In this document: piece after piece, positions 1-10,325 of the stretch
Position numbering within the stretch: the first letter of the stretch is position 1
Layout of the letters: each line of letters opens with the position of its first letter
Assembly: GCA_965262855.1 (NCBI GenBank)
Contig: OZ253563.1
Span: forward strand, 424,914-488,913
Direction of reading: 5' to 3'
DNA from: Arenicellales bacterium
GTDB lineage: Bacteria; Pseudomonadota; Gammaproteobacteria; Arenicellales; JAJDZL01
DNA: 64,000 nt
The notes under the pieces: generated by a model
Told to the model about the DNA's origin: nothing
Databases searched by the model: none
What the model saw: the letters and a program-made list of their open reading frames with translations, nothing else
Translations under genes and position numbers: made by a program

Positions 1-1110
1 GCCGCCGACCAGTGCTGGAGTAATGTAATACCCGATTGCGAGTATAAACACCAGTATTCCGCCTGCTCCAATGCCCGGAATGGTATTTGGGGCATAAACC
101 TTGAGAAAAGCATAGGATGGATGCGCTCCAAGTGATACTGCAGCACGCATGTAACTTGGCGGTATCGTTTTCATGACACTGTACAGAGGCAGAATCATGA
201 ACGGCAACAGGATGTGCGTCATCGCCACGATGGTACCCGTAGCGTTGTGAATCATTGCCAGACGATTTTCCGTATCGATAACATTCAAACCGACTAGCAT
301 GTCATTGATTACACCTTCCCTCTGAAGTAGTGCAATCCAGGATGTCGTTCGTACCAGAAGTGAAGTCCAGAATGGAAGCAGCACCAGCATGAGCAACATG
401 TTGCTGCTACGAAGGGGTAAAGTCGCCAGCAGATATGCGACAGGGTAACCCAGTATCAGTGTCATCAGGGTTATGACTCCACTGAGATATATTGTGCGTA
501 TGAACAGTTTGATGTAAATGCGTTTCTTTTCATCCTGCAATTCGACATCGCCAGCCGGTGTCACCTGCAGATCCATCGCAGCCCAGAAATAGCCAGCAGT
601 GAGGGTAGGGCTGAACGTTTTGATAACCTGCCAAGTCTCCAGTTGTCCCCAGCGTTTGTCGACCTTGATGATGGCATCCTTGTAGGGAGGACCTTCAAGT
701 TTCGGTATTCGCCTTTGTGACTTCCTGAAGAGACTCGACATTCCAGGCAGTTCATAATTCAGGCGTTTTCCAACTCGCGTGATTACACGATCTGGCGCAC
801 CTTCTTTAATGTCCAGAGCCAGAGCTTCGTAGATTCTTTCATCCGGCAGAACACCGGACTCGGAGTCCCATTGTTTAAGGTCTTTGGAGGTGCGGGGCAG
901 ATAGCTGGATACGATGGGGTCTTCGACACCTCGCCATAGCATATCAGCGATCGGAATCAGGAAAGTCAGCCCGATAAACAGAAACAGTGGTGTTACCAGA
1001 GCAAGCGATTTAAACTTGTCTCTTCTGAGCGCACGTGCAAGGCTTACCTTTAGCGGCGTTCCGTCCGCTGTAGTGATAGGGCCGCTTGGAGATAGAACTG
1101 TATCGGCCAA
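1..1110 (-). CDS. ABC transporter permease (PotB-like, polyamine/opine family), 3' end runs off the window
   Basis: Manually translated open frame from TTG at 1110 (MADTVLSPSGPITTADGTPLKVSL...LLPFWTSLLVRT...HILLPFMILPLYSVM...AAVSLGA); lies downstream of the SBP gene; absent from the ORF track because it has no stop in the window. Confidence 0.85.
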   Translation of the reverse strand, partial: MADTVLSPSGPITTADGTPLKVSLARALRRDKFKSLALVTPLFLFIGLTFLIPIADMLWRGVEDPIVSSYLPRTSKDLKQWDSESGVLPDERIYEALALDIKEGAPDRVITRVGKRLNYELPGMSSLFRKSQRRIPKLEGPPYKDAIIKVDKRWGQLETWQVIKTFSPTLTAGYFWAAMDLQVTPAGDVELQDEKKRIYIKLFIRTIYLSGVITLMTLILGYPVAYLLATLPLRSSNMLLMLVLLPFWTSLLVRTTSWIALLQREGVINDMLVGLNVIDTENRLAMIHNATGTIVAMTHILLPFMILPLYSVMKTIPPSYMRAAVSLGAHPSYAFLKVYAPNTIPGIGAGGILVFILAIGYYITPALVGG

Positions 1111-1143
1111 GGAACTATGATAGGTTGGTTGTTACAAATGATT

Positions 1144-1169
1144 ATGCAGGGTGCAAATGCACCCTGCAT
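1144..1169 (-). terminator. Stem-loop between the SBP and permease genes
   Basis: Perfect 12-bp inverted repeat atgcagggtgca-aa-tgcaccctgcat. Confidence 0.6.
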
Positions 1170-1203
1170 TTAATCAGCATTCAGCATTCAGCAGTCAAGC
1201 AAC

Positions 1204-2340
1204 TTACTGTGCAATCCAGGAAGCGAACTGTTCATTCAGATCGTCCTGATTGTCAGCCCACCATTCATAGTTGAACAGCAGGGTAGTTTTGGCGTTGTCC
1301 GGATGGGTCGGCATGTGCGGTCCCATTTCAATGCCAAGAGTTGCATGTTTTCCAACAAGTAACGCTGATGACTGACGAGCCGGGCCATAAGAAATGAATT
1401 TTGCTTGGTCAGCCAACCGCTGTGTATCGGTCGCAAATCTCACCAACTTCATGACAGCATCTGTATGCGGCCCATTTTTCGGAATCACCCAGCCGTCAAG
1501 ATCGAAAACCTGCCAATCCCACATCATTGCGATCGGCTGATTTTCCTCTTCAATAGCTGAGAAAAGACGTCCATTGTAAGCAGATGCCATGACAACTTCG
1601 CCATCGGCGAGCAGTTGTGTGGGCTGTGCTCCACGCGTCCACCATACGACTTGATCTTTAATTGTGTCGAGAATTGCAAAAGCTTGCGCTACGCCTTCTG
1701 GTGTACTGAGCAGGTCATATACGTCGTCAGCAGATACACCATCCGCCAACAGCGCCCATTCCATGTTATTGATCGGTTTTTGCTCCAAAGATCGTTTTCC
1801 TGGAACTTTGCCCATATCAAAAACATCCGCAATGGACGTGGGTGCTGTTTCTACCAGATCTGTTCGATAGCCGAAAGTAGTCGAATATACAATCTGGGGA
1901 ATGAAGCACGGAGATACGATCAACTCACCGAAGTCCTCACTGGCCGGCGTTCCATCTGGAGCTGGCGCAAGCACTGCGTCATGATCGATTTCTTCGATTA
2001 AGCCTTCGTCACAAAGACTGATTGAATCTGCCGCAATGGCATCCAGCAAAGCCCAGGTAACGTTTCCTACTTCAGCCTGTGCTCTAATTTTGGCTACGCC
2101 TTCGGAAGCGGAATCATCGTTGATAATTGTGATGCCTGGGTTCGCCGCCATAAACGGGTCGTGATAGGCGTCTTGCTGACTTTTCGAGTAAGCGCCACCC
2201 CATGACACGACAACCAGTTCCTGAGCCTGAGTAACCGTAAAGCCGCTCGCTGCAAAAATCATGGCCGTTGCAACAGAGGTGCAAACGCGTTTAGTCAAAT
2301 GACTAAAGGTAGACGAATATTCCATCGATTTCTCCATCAT
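1204..2340 (-). CDS. ABC transporter substrate-binding protein (PotD/PotF-like)
   Basis: Signal peptide then VVVSWGGAY; AYNGR; W-VIPKN; adjacent permease. Confidence 0.9.
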   Translation of the reverse strand: MMEKSMEYSSTFSHLTKRVCTSVATAMIFAASGFTVTQAQELVVVSWGGAYSKSQQDAYHDPFMAANPGITIINDDSASEGVAKIRAQAEVGNVTWALLDAIAADSISLCDEGLIEEIDHDAVLAPAPDGTPASEDFGELIVSPCFIPQIVYSTTFGYRTDLVETAPTSIADVFDMGKVPGKRSLEQKPINNMEWALLADGVSADDVYDLLSTPEGVAQAFAILDTIKDQVVWWTRGAQPTQLLADGEVVMASAYNGRLFSAIEEENQPIAMMWDWQVFDLDGWVIPKNGPHTDAVMKLVRFATDTQRLADQAKFISYGPARQSSALLVGKHATLGIEMGPHMPTHPDNAKTTLLFNYEWWADNQDDLNEQFASWIAQ

Positions 2341-2646
2341 ATTCTATTGTTTGTATAAGAAAAAATTAAACTTTATAAAAATTTAATTGATTAAGTTGTA
2401 AATATAGCAAACTGCGCGAGGGCATATAACATTATTTTATTTGTTTTATTCGAATTCGGAAATTTTTTTAATATTTTCGTGCTTAAATTGGAAATCTGCG
2501 CAGCTTATCAAGTGAATTCACCAAAGCAGATAGCATCTGTAACCATGTAGCTAATCTTCCACAAAATTAATTTCAAATCTTGCTTATCAATTGTGGTAAA
2601 ACACTGTTTTTTAAATCAGTCATTGTTTATTGTCAGGGGAGAGAAG

Positions 2647-3858
2647 ATGCCCAATCGTCAACATGGTGCGATGGAATTTAGCGAACCGCCTTGTGAACTC
2701 GACAACGTTCGAAGGTATCGGGTCGGTCGGGTTCGTGAACAGTTACAGAAACACGACGTAGCTGGTGCGCTGCTGTTCGATCAGTTGAACACACGTTACG
2801 TTACGGATGCAACGAACATGCAAGTGTGGTGCGCACACTATGAGGCGCGTTGCGCATTCGTAGCGACCGAGGGTCCGGTCATTCTATTTGACTTCGGCGA
2901 CATGCCGCATCTTGCGGAAGATTTGCCAACTGTTGACGAATATCGTGTCATGACACCATTTTATTTTTTCGCAGCTGGACCTCGCTGCGAAGACAATGCT
3001 CGAAAGTTCGCTCGTGAAATAACAGATCTTGTAGAAACTTATGGTGGAGGGAATCGTCGAATTGCTGTTGATCGTTGCAGTTATCTGGGATTGCAGTCGT
3101 TGATCGGTTGCGGACTCGAAATCATTGAGGGACAGGATGTCATGGAGGTTGCCAGAGTCATTAAGTCAGAGGAAGAGTTGAGTTTGATGCGGCATGCTGT
3201 CCATGTTTGTGAGACCGCGGTTGCCAACATGCGTGAAGCGATGACACCTGGAATAACCGAAAATGCACTCTGGTCGAAGCTTCACGAAACCAACATCGCT
3301 CTTGGAGGCGAATGGATAGAAACCAGATTACTCTCTTCGGGCCCGCGCACCAATCCATGGATGCGAGAGTCTTCAATGCGGCAGATTCAAAGGGGTGAAA
3401 TGATGAGTTTCGACACTGACCTGATCGGACCCTATGGCTATTGTTGTGACATGTCGCGTTCCTGGATCTGTGGTGAGGAAAAACCAACTCCGGGACAGGC
3501 GCATCTCTATCAACTCGCGGCAGAACAGATTCGCTTCAATACGGAACTTCTGAAACCTGGGACGAGTTATGCAGAATTATCGGAAAAAGCGTGGCCGATA
3601 CCGGATGAATTCAAGGATCGACGCTACGGTGTAATTATTCATGGAGTCGGTTTGGCAGACGAGTATCCGAGCATCAAGCATTACGTGGATTTCGATAAGA
3701 AAGGTTACGACGGAGTTTTCGAGCCAGGTATGACTTTGTGCGTCGAGTCATACATCGGTTCAATTCATGGCGGCGAAGGCGTCAAACTTGAAGAACAGGT
3801 ATTGATCACAGATTCCGGATACGAAATGCTGACTGCCTATCCGCTGGAAGACTGGTAA
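2647..3858 (+). CDS. dddP: M24 metallopeptidase-fold protein, DddP (DMSP lyase)-like
   Basis: GGEWIETRLLSSGPRTNPW, FDTDLIG, CDMSR, HGVGLADEYP, CVES, KLEEQ match the DddP clade as I recall it; ATG 2647 follows a GGGAGA RBS. Confidence 0.65.
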   Translation: MPNRQHGAMEFSEPPCELDNVRRYRVGRVREQLQKHDVAGALLFDQLNTRYVTDATNMQVWCAHYEARCAFVATEGPVILFDFGDMPHLAEDLPTVDEYRVMTPFYFFAAGPRCEDNARKFAREITDLVETYGGGNRRIAVDRCSYLGLQSLIGCGLEIIEGQDVMEVARVIKSEEELSLMRHAVHVCETAVANMREAMTPGITENALWSKLHETNIALGGEWIETRLLSSGPRTNPWMRESSMRQIQRGEMMSFDTDLIGPYGYCCDMSRSWICGEEKPTPGQAHLYQLAAEQIRFNTELLKPGTSYAELSEKAWPIPDEFKDRRYGVIIHGVGLADEYPSIKHYVDFDKKGYDGVFEPGMTLCVESYIGSIHGGEGVKLEEQVLITDSGYEMLTAYPLEDW

Positions 3859-3878
3859 GAAATTTTCAGCAGCGATTT

Positions 3879-4958
3879 CTAGAAGAATCGACCTTTCACG
3901 ATATCGTGTGTGAACTCGAACAAAGAATCTAGAGCAGGGCCCAACTCCGCAATTCTAGGGTCGGTGGTTGTTCCTCTACAGAAGCGCGCGTAGATTTGCA
4001 TGAAGATGATGCAGTGCTTGAATGCAGTCAGAACGCGATAGTAGTGAATATCGGAAAGATCTCGCCCACTTACTTGCGCATAGTAATCTGCGATTTGGCG
4101 ACGATTCATCCAACCGGGAGTTGTTGAAGTCGGCATTTGTCCCACTTTGTTCAGAGCCGGGGGATCTCCAGGTTCAACCCAATAGCTGAGCAAAGTCGCG
4201 AAATCGAACAATGGAGCACCTCTTGTGCACATGTCCCAGTCCAGCAGCGCAATTGGTGTGGTGTAGTCTTGCGAATCAAGTACGATGTTATTCAACTTGA
4301 AGTCGTTGTGCAGGAGTGTGTGTCCTGCATCCGGCACAGGTTGATCGGTCAGCCATTTAATGATAATTTCGACAGAGGCCGGTGATTTACGATCACGATA
4401 GACGTCTTCAGCCGCCACATAGTATCTTTTTACCCAGCCCTTTACAGCTCTCTCCAAAAAACCTTCAGGCGATCCAAGGTCGTCGAGCCCGACGCGGGCA
4501 GGGTCAACAGATTGGAATTCCACCAGAACCTCAATAATCATTTTTGAGAGACTTGTAGTCATATCGTGCAGATGCTCCGGGAGTTCCATGTGGATGACTG
4601 CTCCGGGTCGATATTGCATGATTAGGAATGGGGCACCAAGCACTTCAGTGTCTTCGCATAACAGGATGCCTTTTGGTGCCAGAGGAAACTGTTTCCACAA
4701 TCGTGAGGTAACCCGAAACTCACGTGCCATGTCGTTTGCTCCCGGTGGAAGTGGACCAAGCGGCGGCCTACGCAACACATGCCGTTCTCCGTCAAGCATG
4801 ATCATAAAATTCAGGTTCCCGAAACCGCCTATGAACTGTTGAGGTGGTGGATCAGCATTGAAATCAAATCCCTGTCTGGCAAGATAGCTTTCCAGGTTCT
4901 TCCAATTCTGCGGTTGTTGGTGTTGTGGAGGGAAAAATCTGTCTGTTGTGAGTTTCAA
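3879..4958 (-). CDS. Phosphotransferase family protein (APH / ACAD10-11 kinase-like)
   Basis: VLRRPPLGPL, DMAREFRV, LLHNDFKLNN, LLDWDM. Confidence 0.9.
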   Translation of the reverse strand: MKLTTDRFFPPQHQQPQNWKNLESYLARQGFDFNADPPPQQFIGGFGNLNFMIMLDGERHVLRRPPLGPLPPGANDMAREFRVTSRLWKQFPLAPKGILLCEDTEVLGAPFLIMQYRPGAVIHMELPEHLHDMTTSLSKMIIEVLVEFQSVDPARVGLDDLGSPEGFLERAVKGWVKRYYVAAEDVYRDRKSPASVEIIIKWLTDQPVPDAGHTLLHNDFKLNNIVLDSQDYTTPIALLDWDMCTRGAPLFDFATLLSYWVEPGDPPALNKVGQMPTSTTPGWMNRRQIADYYAQVSGRDLSDIHYYRVLTAFKHCIIFMQIYARFCRGTTTDPRIAELGPALDSLFEFTHDIVKGRFF

Positions 4959-5035
4959 TCAAATATTACCTGACCGTGTCTGAAAGGACTATTAAAATAC
5001 AAAACTTACTTTGAGTTTATCAAACAGGACTAATA

Positions 5036-7240
5036 GTGCCGATTCCGATTGCTGGATATGCCGACCGATGGTCAGTCGGTCAGAATGAAAATATTGAGTT
5101 CAAGGTGAGCAGTCAATTTAGTAAACCTTACTCAGTAAGGCTGGTTCGAATTGTTTGCGCAGATCCTAACCCAGATGGTCCGGGTATCATTGAAGAAGAC
5201 ATGTCTTCCGTTTTTTCGGGAGAGTTTCCATCAAGAAAGCAAGATGTTCAATTGGGTTCCTACGGGATCGTTTTGGTCAATCGACGTCTATCTCATCCGG
5301 ACGGATATACCATAGCAGTTACAATCTGGCCGACCTTGGTTGATGCAGGTGTTCAGGGAATATTGTGTCTACAGGATCAGAGCGGGAATCGGCTGATTGA
5401 ATTGAGAATCAACTCCGTTGGGCAGGTTGCTGCAGTAATTGGCGGAGGTTCCGGTTCTGCGCATGAATTTGCTACCGGTCTGACGTTGCGCGAAAGGGCG
5501 TGGCATGCGATTTGCCTCTGTGTTGATCGAAAACAGAATCGACTGGGCTTGATTCAAACTCTCAAAGAAGATGACTTCGTTGACAACGATTCTGGTGAGG
5601 TTTGGCACGATTGCACTAATTTGCCGTCGTTGCAAGTTGTGGACAAATTGTTGATCGCATCGTCTGGCGGAAATCCTCTTGGTGGTTTTTTCAACGGCAA
5701 GATTGAACAGCCGAGCATATTAGCCCGTACCTATGATGTGGAAAAATCGTCTCAGCGAGTAGCGCACGGAGCGGGAGACTCATTGTTGGCTCTATGGGAT
5801 TTTTCAAGAGACATCAGCACACAGGAAATAAGGGAAATCGGGCCACTGCATCTGGATGGGAGATTGGTGAATTGCCCTGCACGAGCAATGCGAGGCTCAA
5901 ACTGGACAGGGAAGGAGATGTGCTGGCGGCATGCACCTGAAGAATATGGTGCGATACATTTTCACGACGACGACATTTATGACTGTCAGTGGAAAACCGA
6001 TTTTAGTTTCAAGATACCAGGGAATTTTCGCAGCGCCATGTATTCGATACGAATCGAATGTGAGGATGCGTACGAAGATATTCCATTTTATGTACGGCCT
6101 AAGACCAACAAACCTCAAGCAAGAATTTGCGTGCTTGTGTCTACGTTCACCTATACGGTTTATACGAATCAGGCTCGTTCTCTTCCAAAGGTGGAATATG
6201 CAAAACTTGTGCAAGAAAGGGGAACAAGGCCCTGGAATCCGGATCAGGTTCAGGATTATGGCCTTTCGACTTATAACAATCACCGTGACGGCAGCGGTAT
6301 CTGTTACTCGTCCAGATTACGCCCTTCGTTGACTATGCGTCCCAAATACATCACGATATGTCGGCCTTATGCCGAATCGGGAATGAGACATCTGCCAGCA
6401 GATACACACCTGTTCGCCTGGCTGGAAAATCAGGGGCAGGATTTTGACGTGATAACTGATGAAGATCTGCACGAAGAGGGAGTTGAACTTCTTCGCCCGT
6501 ACAAGGTTGTCATGACACCTAGTCATCCGGAATATCACACCACGAATACATTGAATGCAATCTATGAATACACTAGATCAGGTGGACGACTCATGTACCT
6601 CGGTGGAAATGGATTCTACTGGAAGGTTGCTGTAAACGAGAATCTGCCTGGCATGGTGGAGATTCGCCGTGCTGAGGGCGGAATTCGAACTTGGGCAGCA
6701 GAACCGGGAGAGTACTACAATTCCCTCGACGGTGAATACGGTGGGATGTGGCTGCGAAACGGCCGACCTCCGCAAAAATTAGCAGGTGTCGGATTTACTG
6801 CACAAGGTGATTTTCAAGGCACTTACTATCGTCGCAACAGTGACCTTGACGCAAATTATGAGTGGGTATTTGCAGGTGTTGACGATGAGATTCTAGGAGA
6901 TTTCGGACTGAGTGGCGGTGGAGCAGCTGGATTTGAACTGGATAGAGCGGATTTTTCACTTGGTACACCACGCAATACCGCGGTGCTAGCTAGTTCGGAA
7001 AATTATCCGGAGCACTTCGTTTTGGTGCCGGAGGAAATTCTGAGTCATATAGCGACCCGAAGCGGAAAGCCAGTTTCCGAATTGATTCGGTCGGATATTG
7101 TCATATTTGAGACTGCGAAAGGAGGGCGTGTCTTTTCCGTCGGTTCGATCACTTATTGCGGAAGCCTGCCGTGGAATAACTTTGACAATAACATATCCAG
7201 AATGACTGCCAACGTTCTCAACCGGTTCTTGGAAGTATAA
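5036..7240 (+). CDS. N,N-dimethylformamidase large (beta) subunit family protein
   Basis: N-terminal LamG-like region; YGAIHFHDDDI, TYTVYTN, GLSTYNNHRDGSG, HPEY, MYLGGNGFYW, GGAAGFELD, VFSVGSI. Confidence 0.88.
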   Translation: MPIPIAGYADRWSVGQNENIEFKVSSQFSKPYSVRLVRIVCADPNPDGPGIIEEDMSSVFSGEFPSRKQDVQLGSYGIVLVNRRLSHPDGYTIAVTIWPTLVDAGVQGILCLQDQSGNRLIELRINSVGQVAAVIGGGSGSAHEFATGLTLRERAWHAICLCVDRKQNRLGLIQTLKEDDFVDNDSGEVWHDCTNLPSLQVVDKLLIASSGGNPLGGFFNGKIEQPSILARTYDVEKSSQRVAHGAGDSLLALWDFSRDISTQEIREIGPLHLDGRLVNCPARAMRGSNWTGKEMCWRHAPEEYGAIHFHDDDIYDCQWKTDFSFKIPGNFRSAMYSIRIECEDAYEDIPFYVRPKTNKPQARICVLVSTFTYTVYTNQARSLPKVEYAKLVQERGTRPWNPDQVQDYGLSTYNNHRDGSGICYSSRLRPSLTMRPKYITICRPYAESGMRHLPADTHLFAWLENQGQDFDVITDEDLHEEGVELLRPYKVVMTPSHPEYHTTNTLNAIYEYTRSGGRLMYLGGNGFYWKVAVNENLPGMVEIRRAEGGIRTWAAEPGEYYNSLDGEYGGMWLRNGRPPQKLAGVGFTAQGDFQGTYYRRNSDLDANYEWVFAGVDDEILGDFGLSGGGAAGFELDRADFSLGTPRNTAVLASSENYPEHFVLVPEEILSHIATRSGKPVSELIRSDIVIFETAKGGRVFSVGSITYCGSLPWNNFDNNISRMTANVLNRFLEV

Positions 7241-7356
7241 TCAGGTAGAAATCAGCCATAGTTCATATCTTAGCCGCCAAATTTTCATAGTGAAGATTGA
7301 TAAATATCCGAATAACTAAAAAAACCTTTTTAATTAAATAGATAGAGAAGCTTAAC

Positions 7357-7977
7357 ATGGATCCTAACAACCCGAGAAATCTTGGAAAAGTCGAATGGTC
7401 AGGTGAAAATCCTGGCATCTACCTTAAAGAAGACCCTGATGGCGACTGGAGCTCGCTCGGAATTTTCTTTCGTGTAACACTGTCACCGTATGGAGCAGGA
7501 AACACAATGATCGTGTTGGAAAAGCCGAATGAAGGGTTGGGATTACCGGAGGCAAATAACATCTGTCTGACGGACAACAGGGAATTGACAGATTACCTGA
7601 TACGCGATTTCATGTCGAAATTTGCTTCTTTCAAGGGGAAAAAAGGATTGGAGTCTATGACTTACCGAGAGATAGACGAAGTGACTAGCAAGGGTGATCT
7701 GCGAGAGTATCGTACTGAATCGGTAATTTCCGAGGATTTGGAAGTGGTGATGACGTGGAGTGAACTTGGGGAACCGTTCGCAGCGGAGGTGGCAGTCGAA
7801 GTGTCAGCGACAGGGGAGCACGAAATGTACAGTGTGTTTCTTGAAGCGAAGCGCGCCAGTATTGCAGTCAACGGGCATTACTTTCCGGGAACTGTTACAT
7901 CTAGGAATTTTCTTGGACGTGTAACGAGCACTGCATTCATGGCTATTTCGGAAACTTGGATCAGCCCCGGCGGATAG
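7357..7977 (+). CDS. Hypothetical protein
   Basis: 206-aa ORF with RBS, co-oriented with the DMFase-like gene; no family recognised. Confidence 0.75.
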   Translation: MDPNNPRNLGKVEWSGENPGIYLKEDPDGDWSSLGIFFRVTLSPYGAGNTMIVLEKPNEGLGLPEANNICLTDNRELTDYLIRDFMSKFASFKGKKGLESMTYREIDEVTSKGDLREYRTESVISEDLEVVMTWSELGEPFAAEVAVEVSATGEHEMYSVFLEAKRASIAVNGHYFPGTVTSRNFLGRVTSTAFMAISETWISPGG

Positions 7978-8002
7978 TTTTTTTTACTACACCTCTTGTT
8001 GG

Positions 8003-9043
8003 TTAATCGGCGCTGATATCAGGGCGGTCGGTCACTTTACCGACCGTAGCTAGAAGCTCGCCTTGTTCAACCAATCCTCGGTGACATCGTACGAAAGCGA
8101 CTCCAGCCACGGGAAATTGGATTTTGACGGGTGTTGTTTCGATGTGGTCGAGATTGTGAACAAAACCTACGATGTCTCCTGTGGAAACAACATCACCTGG
8201 ACTGAACCTGGGTTCGAACAATCCCCGATGAGTGGTGTAAATATGTTGTGCGGCATCGTCAATTTTCAAAATTGTAGCGGGCTCTTGTCTGAGTTCTGGA
8301 TCACCCGATAATACATTCAGGAATTTCAGACAGTTGGCTATGCCTCTCTCACCAATCTTCAGTGTTTCTGGCGATACTTGTCCACCCCCGCCTAGTTCAG
8401 CAGCGATATTCGGTAGATTGTTTCGAACAGCAGCGTAATTTGCGCTCCGGTTGTCATTGAGACGGCCCATCAGCCAGATATAAGGACTGCCGAAAATCTC
8501 CGCAAGATTGAAATTTAGCTTTGACAGCGCTGCATCTTCATATTGAAGTGCCATCGTACAAGGTGAAAACCAAGCGGCTTTACCACCGGAATGAAGATCG
8601 ATAACTGCGTCGCAGACCGGCATTACGGCTTTTTCTACAAAATTGGCAATCATCGCAGTCGGTGTGCCATCCGGGTCGCCTGGAAATGTCCGATTGAGAT
8701 TGCCTCCATCCACCGGTGATACTCTGGAGGCTGCATGAACTGCCGGAGCATTCAGCGCAGGAAGAACGATAATACGTCCGCTAACTTCCGCTGCTTCCAC
8801 TTCGTGCAGCAATTTCAATAGCGCTACCGGCCCCTCGAATTCATCTCCGTGAACACCACCAATCAGAAGAACAGTCGGCCCGCTGTCATTGATAATAACT
8901 CCGGCAGGAATAGGAATGTAGCCAAGAGCTGTTCGGTTGTCCGAGTACTTGAGACGCAGATGACCAAACCGCTTGCCTGGCGTTGTGAAATCAAGATTCG
9001 TTGAAATTCGGGTTTGATTCCACAATGGTGGTGCAAAATCCAT
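8003..9043 (-). CDS. Succinylglutamate desuccinylase/aspartoacylase family deacylase (DoeB-like)
   Basis: GGVHGDEFEG, NLNRTFPG, IDLHSGG, AELGGG; ATG 9043 preferred over the upstream start. Confidence 0.9.
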   Translation of the reverse strand: MDFAPPLWNQTRISTNLDFTTPGKRFGHLRLKYSDNRTALGYIPIPAGVIINDSGPTVLLIGGVHGDEFEGPVALLKLLHEVEAAEVSGRIIVLPALNAPAVHAASRVSPVDGGNLNRTFPGDPDGTPTAMIANFVEKAVMPVCDAVIDLHSGGKAAWFSPCTMALQYEDAALSKLNFNLAEIFGSPYIWLMGRLNDNRSANYAAVRNNLPNIAAELGGGGQVSPETLKIGERGIANCLKFLNVLSGDPELRQEPATILKIDDAAQHIYTTHRGLFEPRFSPGDVVSTGDIVGFVHNLDHIETTPVKIQFPVAGVAFVRCHRGLVEQGELLATVGKVTDRPDISAD

Positions 9044-9045
9044 CT

Positions 9046-10320
9046 CTACAAGCAATCATTTATCGAGGTTGCATTCGCAATCAAGGTGTCATCTTGGTTA
9101 TAGGCACCAATTAACTGAATTCCAAGTGGTAAATTATTAGGCCCGAATCCCGCTGGCAATGTAATGGTTGGGACTTTCAGCAAAGTCCACATTCGGCTGA
9201 ATATCGGATCTCCGGTACTCTCTAATCCTTCGGGCGCTTCACCGGGAGCGCTTGGTGCCAACAAAATGTCAAAGTCTTGAAATATTTGTTGCAGCCTGCT
9301 CTGCCAAATTTCTCCCTGTCTTTTAGCTTCTTGGTAGTCTTCGAATGTGGTTTGCAGTCCAAGCTCAATTAGTTCGATAAATTGACTGCTGAGCGAATCT
9401 CTGTCTAGGAGAAAATCAGATACAAGCGACGAATGAGCAACCTCATATTGCATCACAATCGCGTGAGCTTGAGCAAGTAAATCATCCGGTGGTCCAACTT
9501 CGATCTCCGAAACCTGTAGTGACTGGTTTGCAAAACTGTCAGCAATCTTGTCGATCAAATCTCTTTGACACTGATCTGCCTGATGCCAATGAGGGGTTCG
9601 TACGAGCCCAATGCGTAGAGTATTTGACGAGGGTATCGTATTTGGGCGGGCACCGAGAAAGCTGTGACGAATCAATGCAAGGTCGTGTACTTCTCGTACG
9701 AAAAATCCAAGCGAATCCAGGCTAAGAGCAAGTTCGCAGACACCGTTTAGGCTGAATGCTCCATGGCTGGCCTTGTAACCCACAACACCACAATAAGCCG
9801 CAGGTCGTGTCACCGAACCTGCTGTCTGTGTACCTAATGCTACTGGAAGCATGTAGTCCGCAACGGCGGCAGCGGATCCCATAGACGAACCGCCGGGTGT
9901 GTGTGTCAGTGCATGTGGGTTTCGTGTTTTCCCGGGTTTGAAGTATGCGAATTCTGTAGTTTCTGTCTTGCCGGGAATGATTGCACCAGCACAAATACAA
10001 CTTGCCACGCAGGCAGCATCACGAATGGGATAATACCCTTCATAAAGAGGACTTCCCCTGGTTGTAGGCATATCTGTCGTATCCATAATATCCTTGATGC
10101 CCACAGGGATACCAAAAAGAGCATTGTCAGGAGTCTCGTTGTCCAAAATTTGCGCACTTTCCATAGAAATTTCAGAGTTTAAAGTCGTGAAGGCAAGTAC
10201 TTCCGGGTCTCTTAAACTGATTCTCTCAAGACAGGCTTCAAGCAGTTGACTTGGTTTTAGTTCGCCGCTGTCAATCAAATAAAACAGTAGTGATAGCGAC
10301 ATTTCATTAAATTTTGACAT
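9046..10320 (-). CDS. Amidase signature family protein
   Basis: GIKD lysine, PGGSSMGSAAAVA, GTQTAGS (Ser-cisSer-Lys triad). Confidence 0.92.
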   Translation of the reverse strand: MSKFNEMSLSLLFYLIDSGELKPSQLLEACLERISLRDPEVLAFTTLNSEISMESAQILDNETPDNALFGIPVGIKDIMDTTDMPTTRGSPLYEGYYPIRDAACVASCICAGAIIPGKTETTEFAYFKPGKTRNPHALTHTPGGSSMGSAAAVADYMLPVALGTQTAGSVTRPAAYCGVVGYKASHGAFSLNGVCELALSLDSLGFFVREVHDLALIRHSFLGARPNTIPSSNTLRIGLVRTPHWHQADQCQRDLIDKIADSFANQSLQVSEIEVGPPDDLLAQAHAIVMQYEVAHSSLVSDFLLDRDSLSSQFIELIELGLQTTFEDYQEAKRQGEIWQSRLQQIFQDFDILLAPSAPGEAPEGLESTGDPIFSRMWTLLKVPTITLPAGFGPNNLPLGIQLIGAYNQDDTLIANATSINDCL

Positions 10321-10325
10321 ATCGA

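Noticed and set aside
561-755. Short minus-strand ORF suggesting a frameshift in the permease
   Set aside because: Manual translation shows the permease frame stays open (QVIKTFSPTLTAGYF); this ORF is an alternative frame
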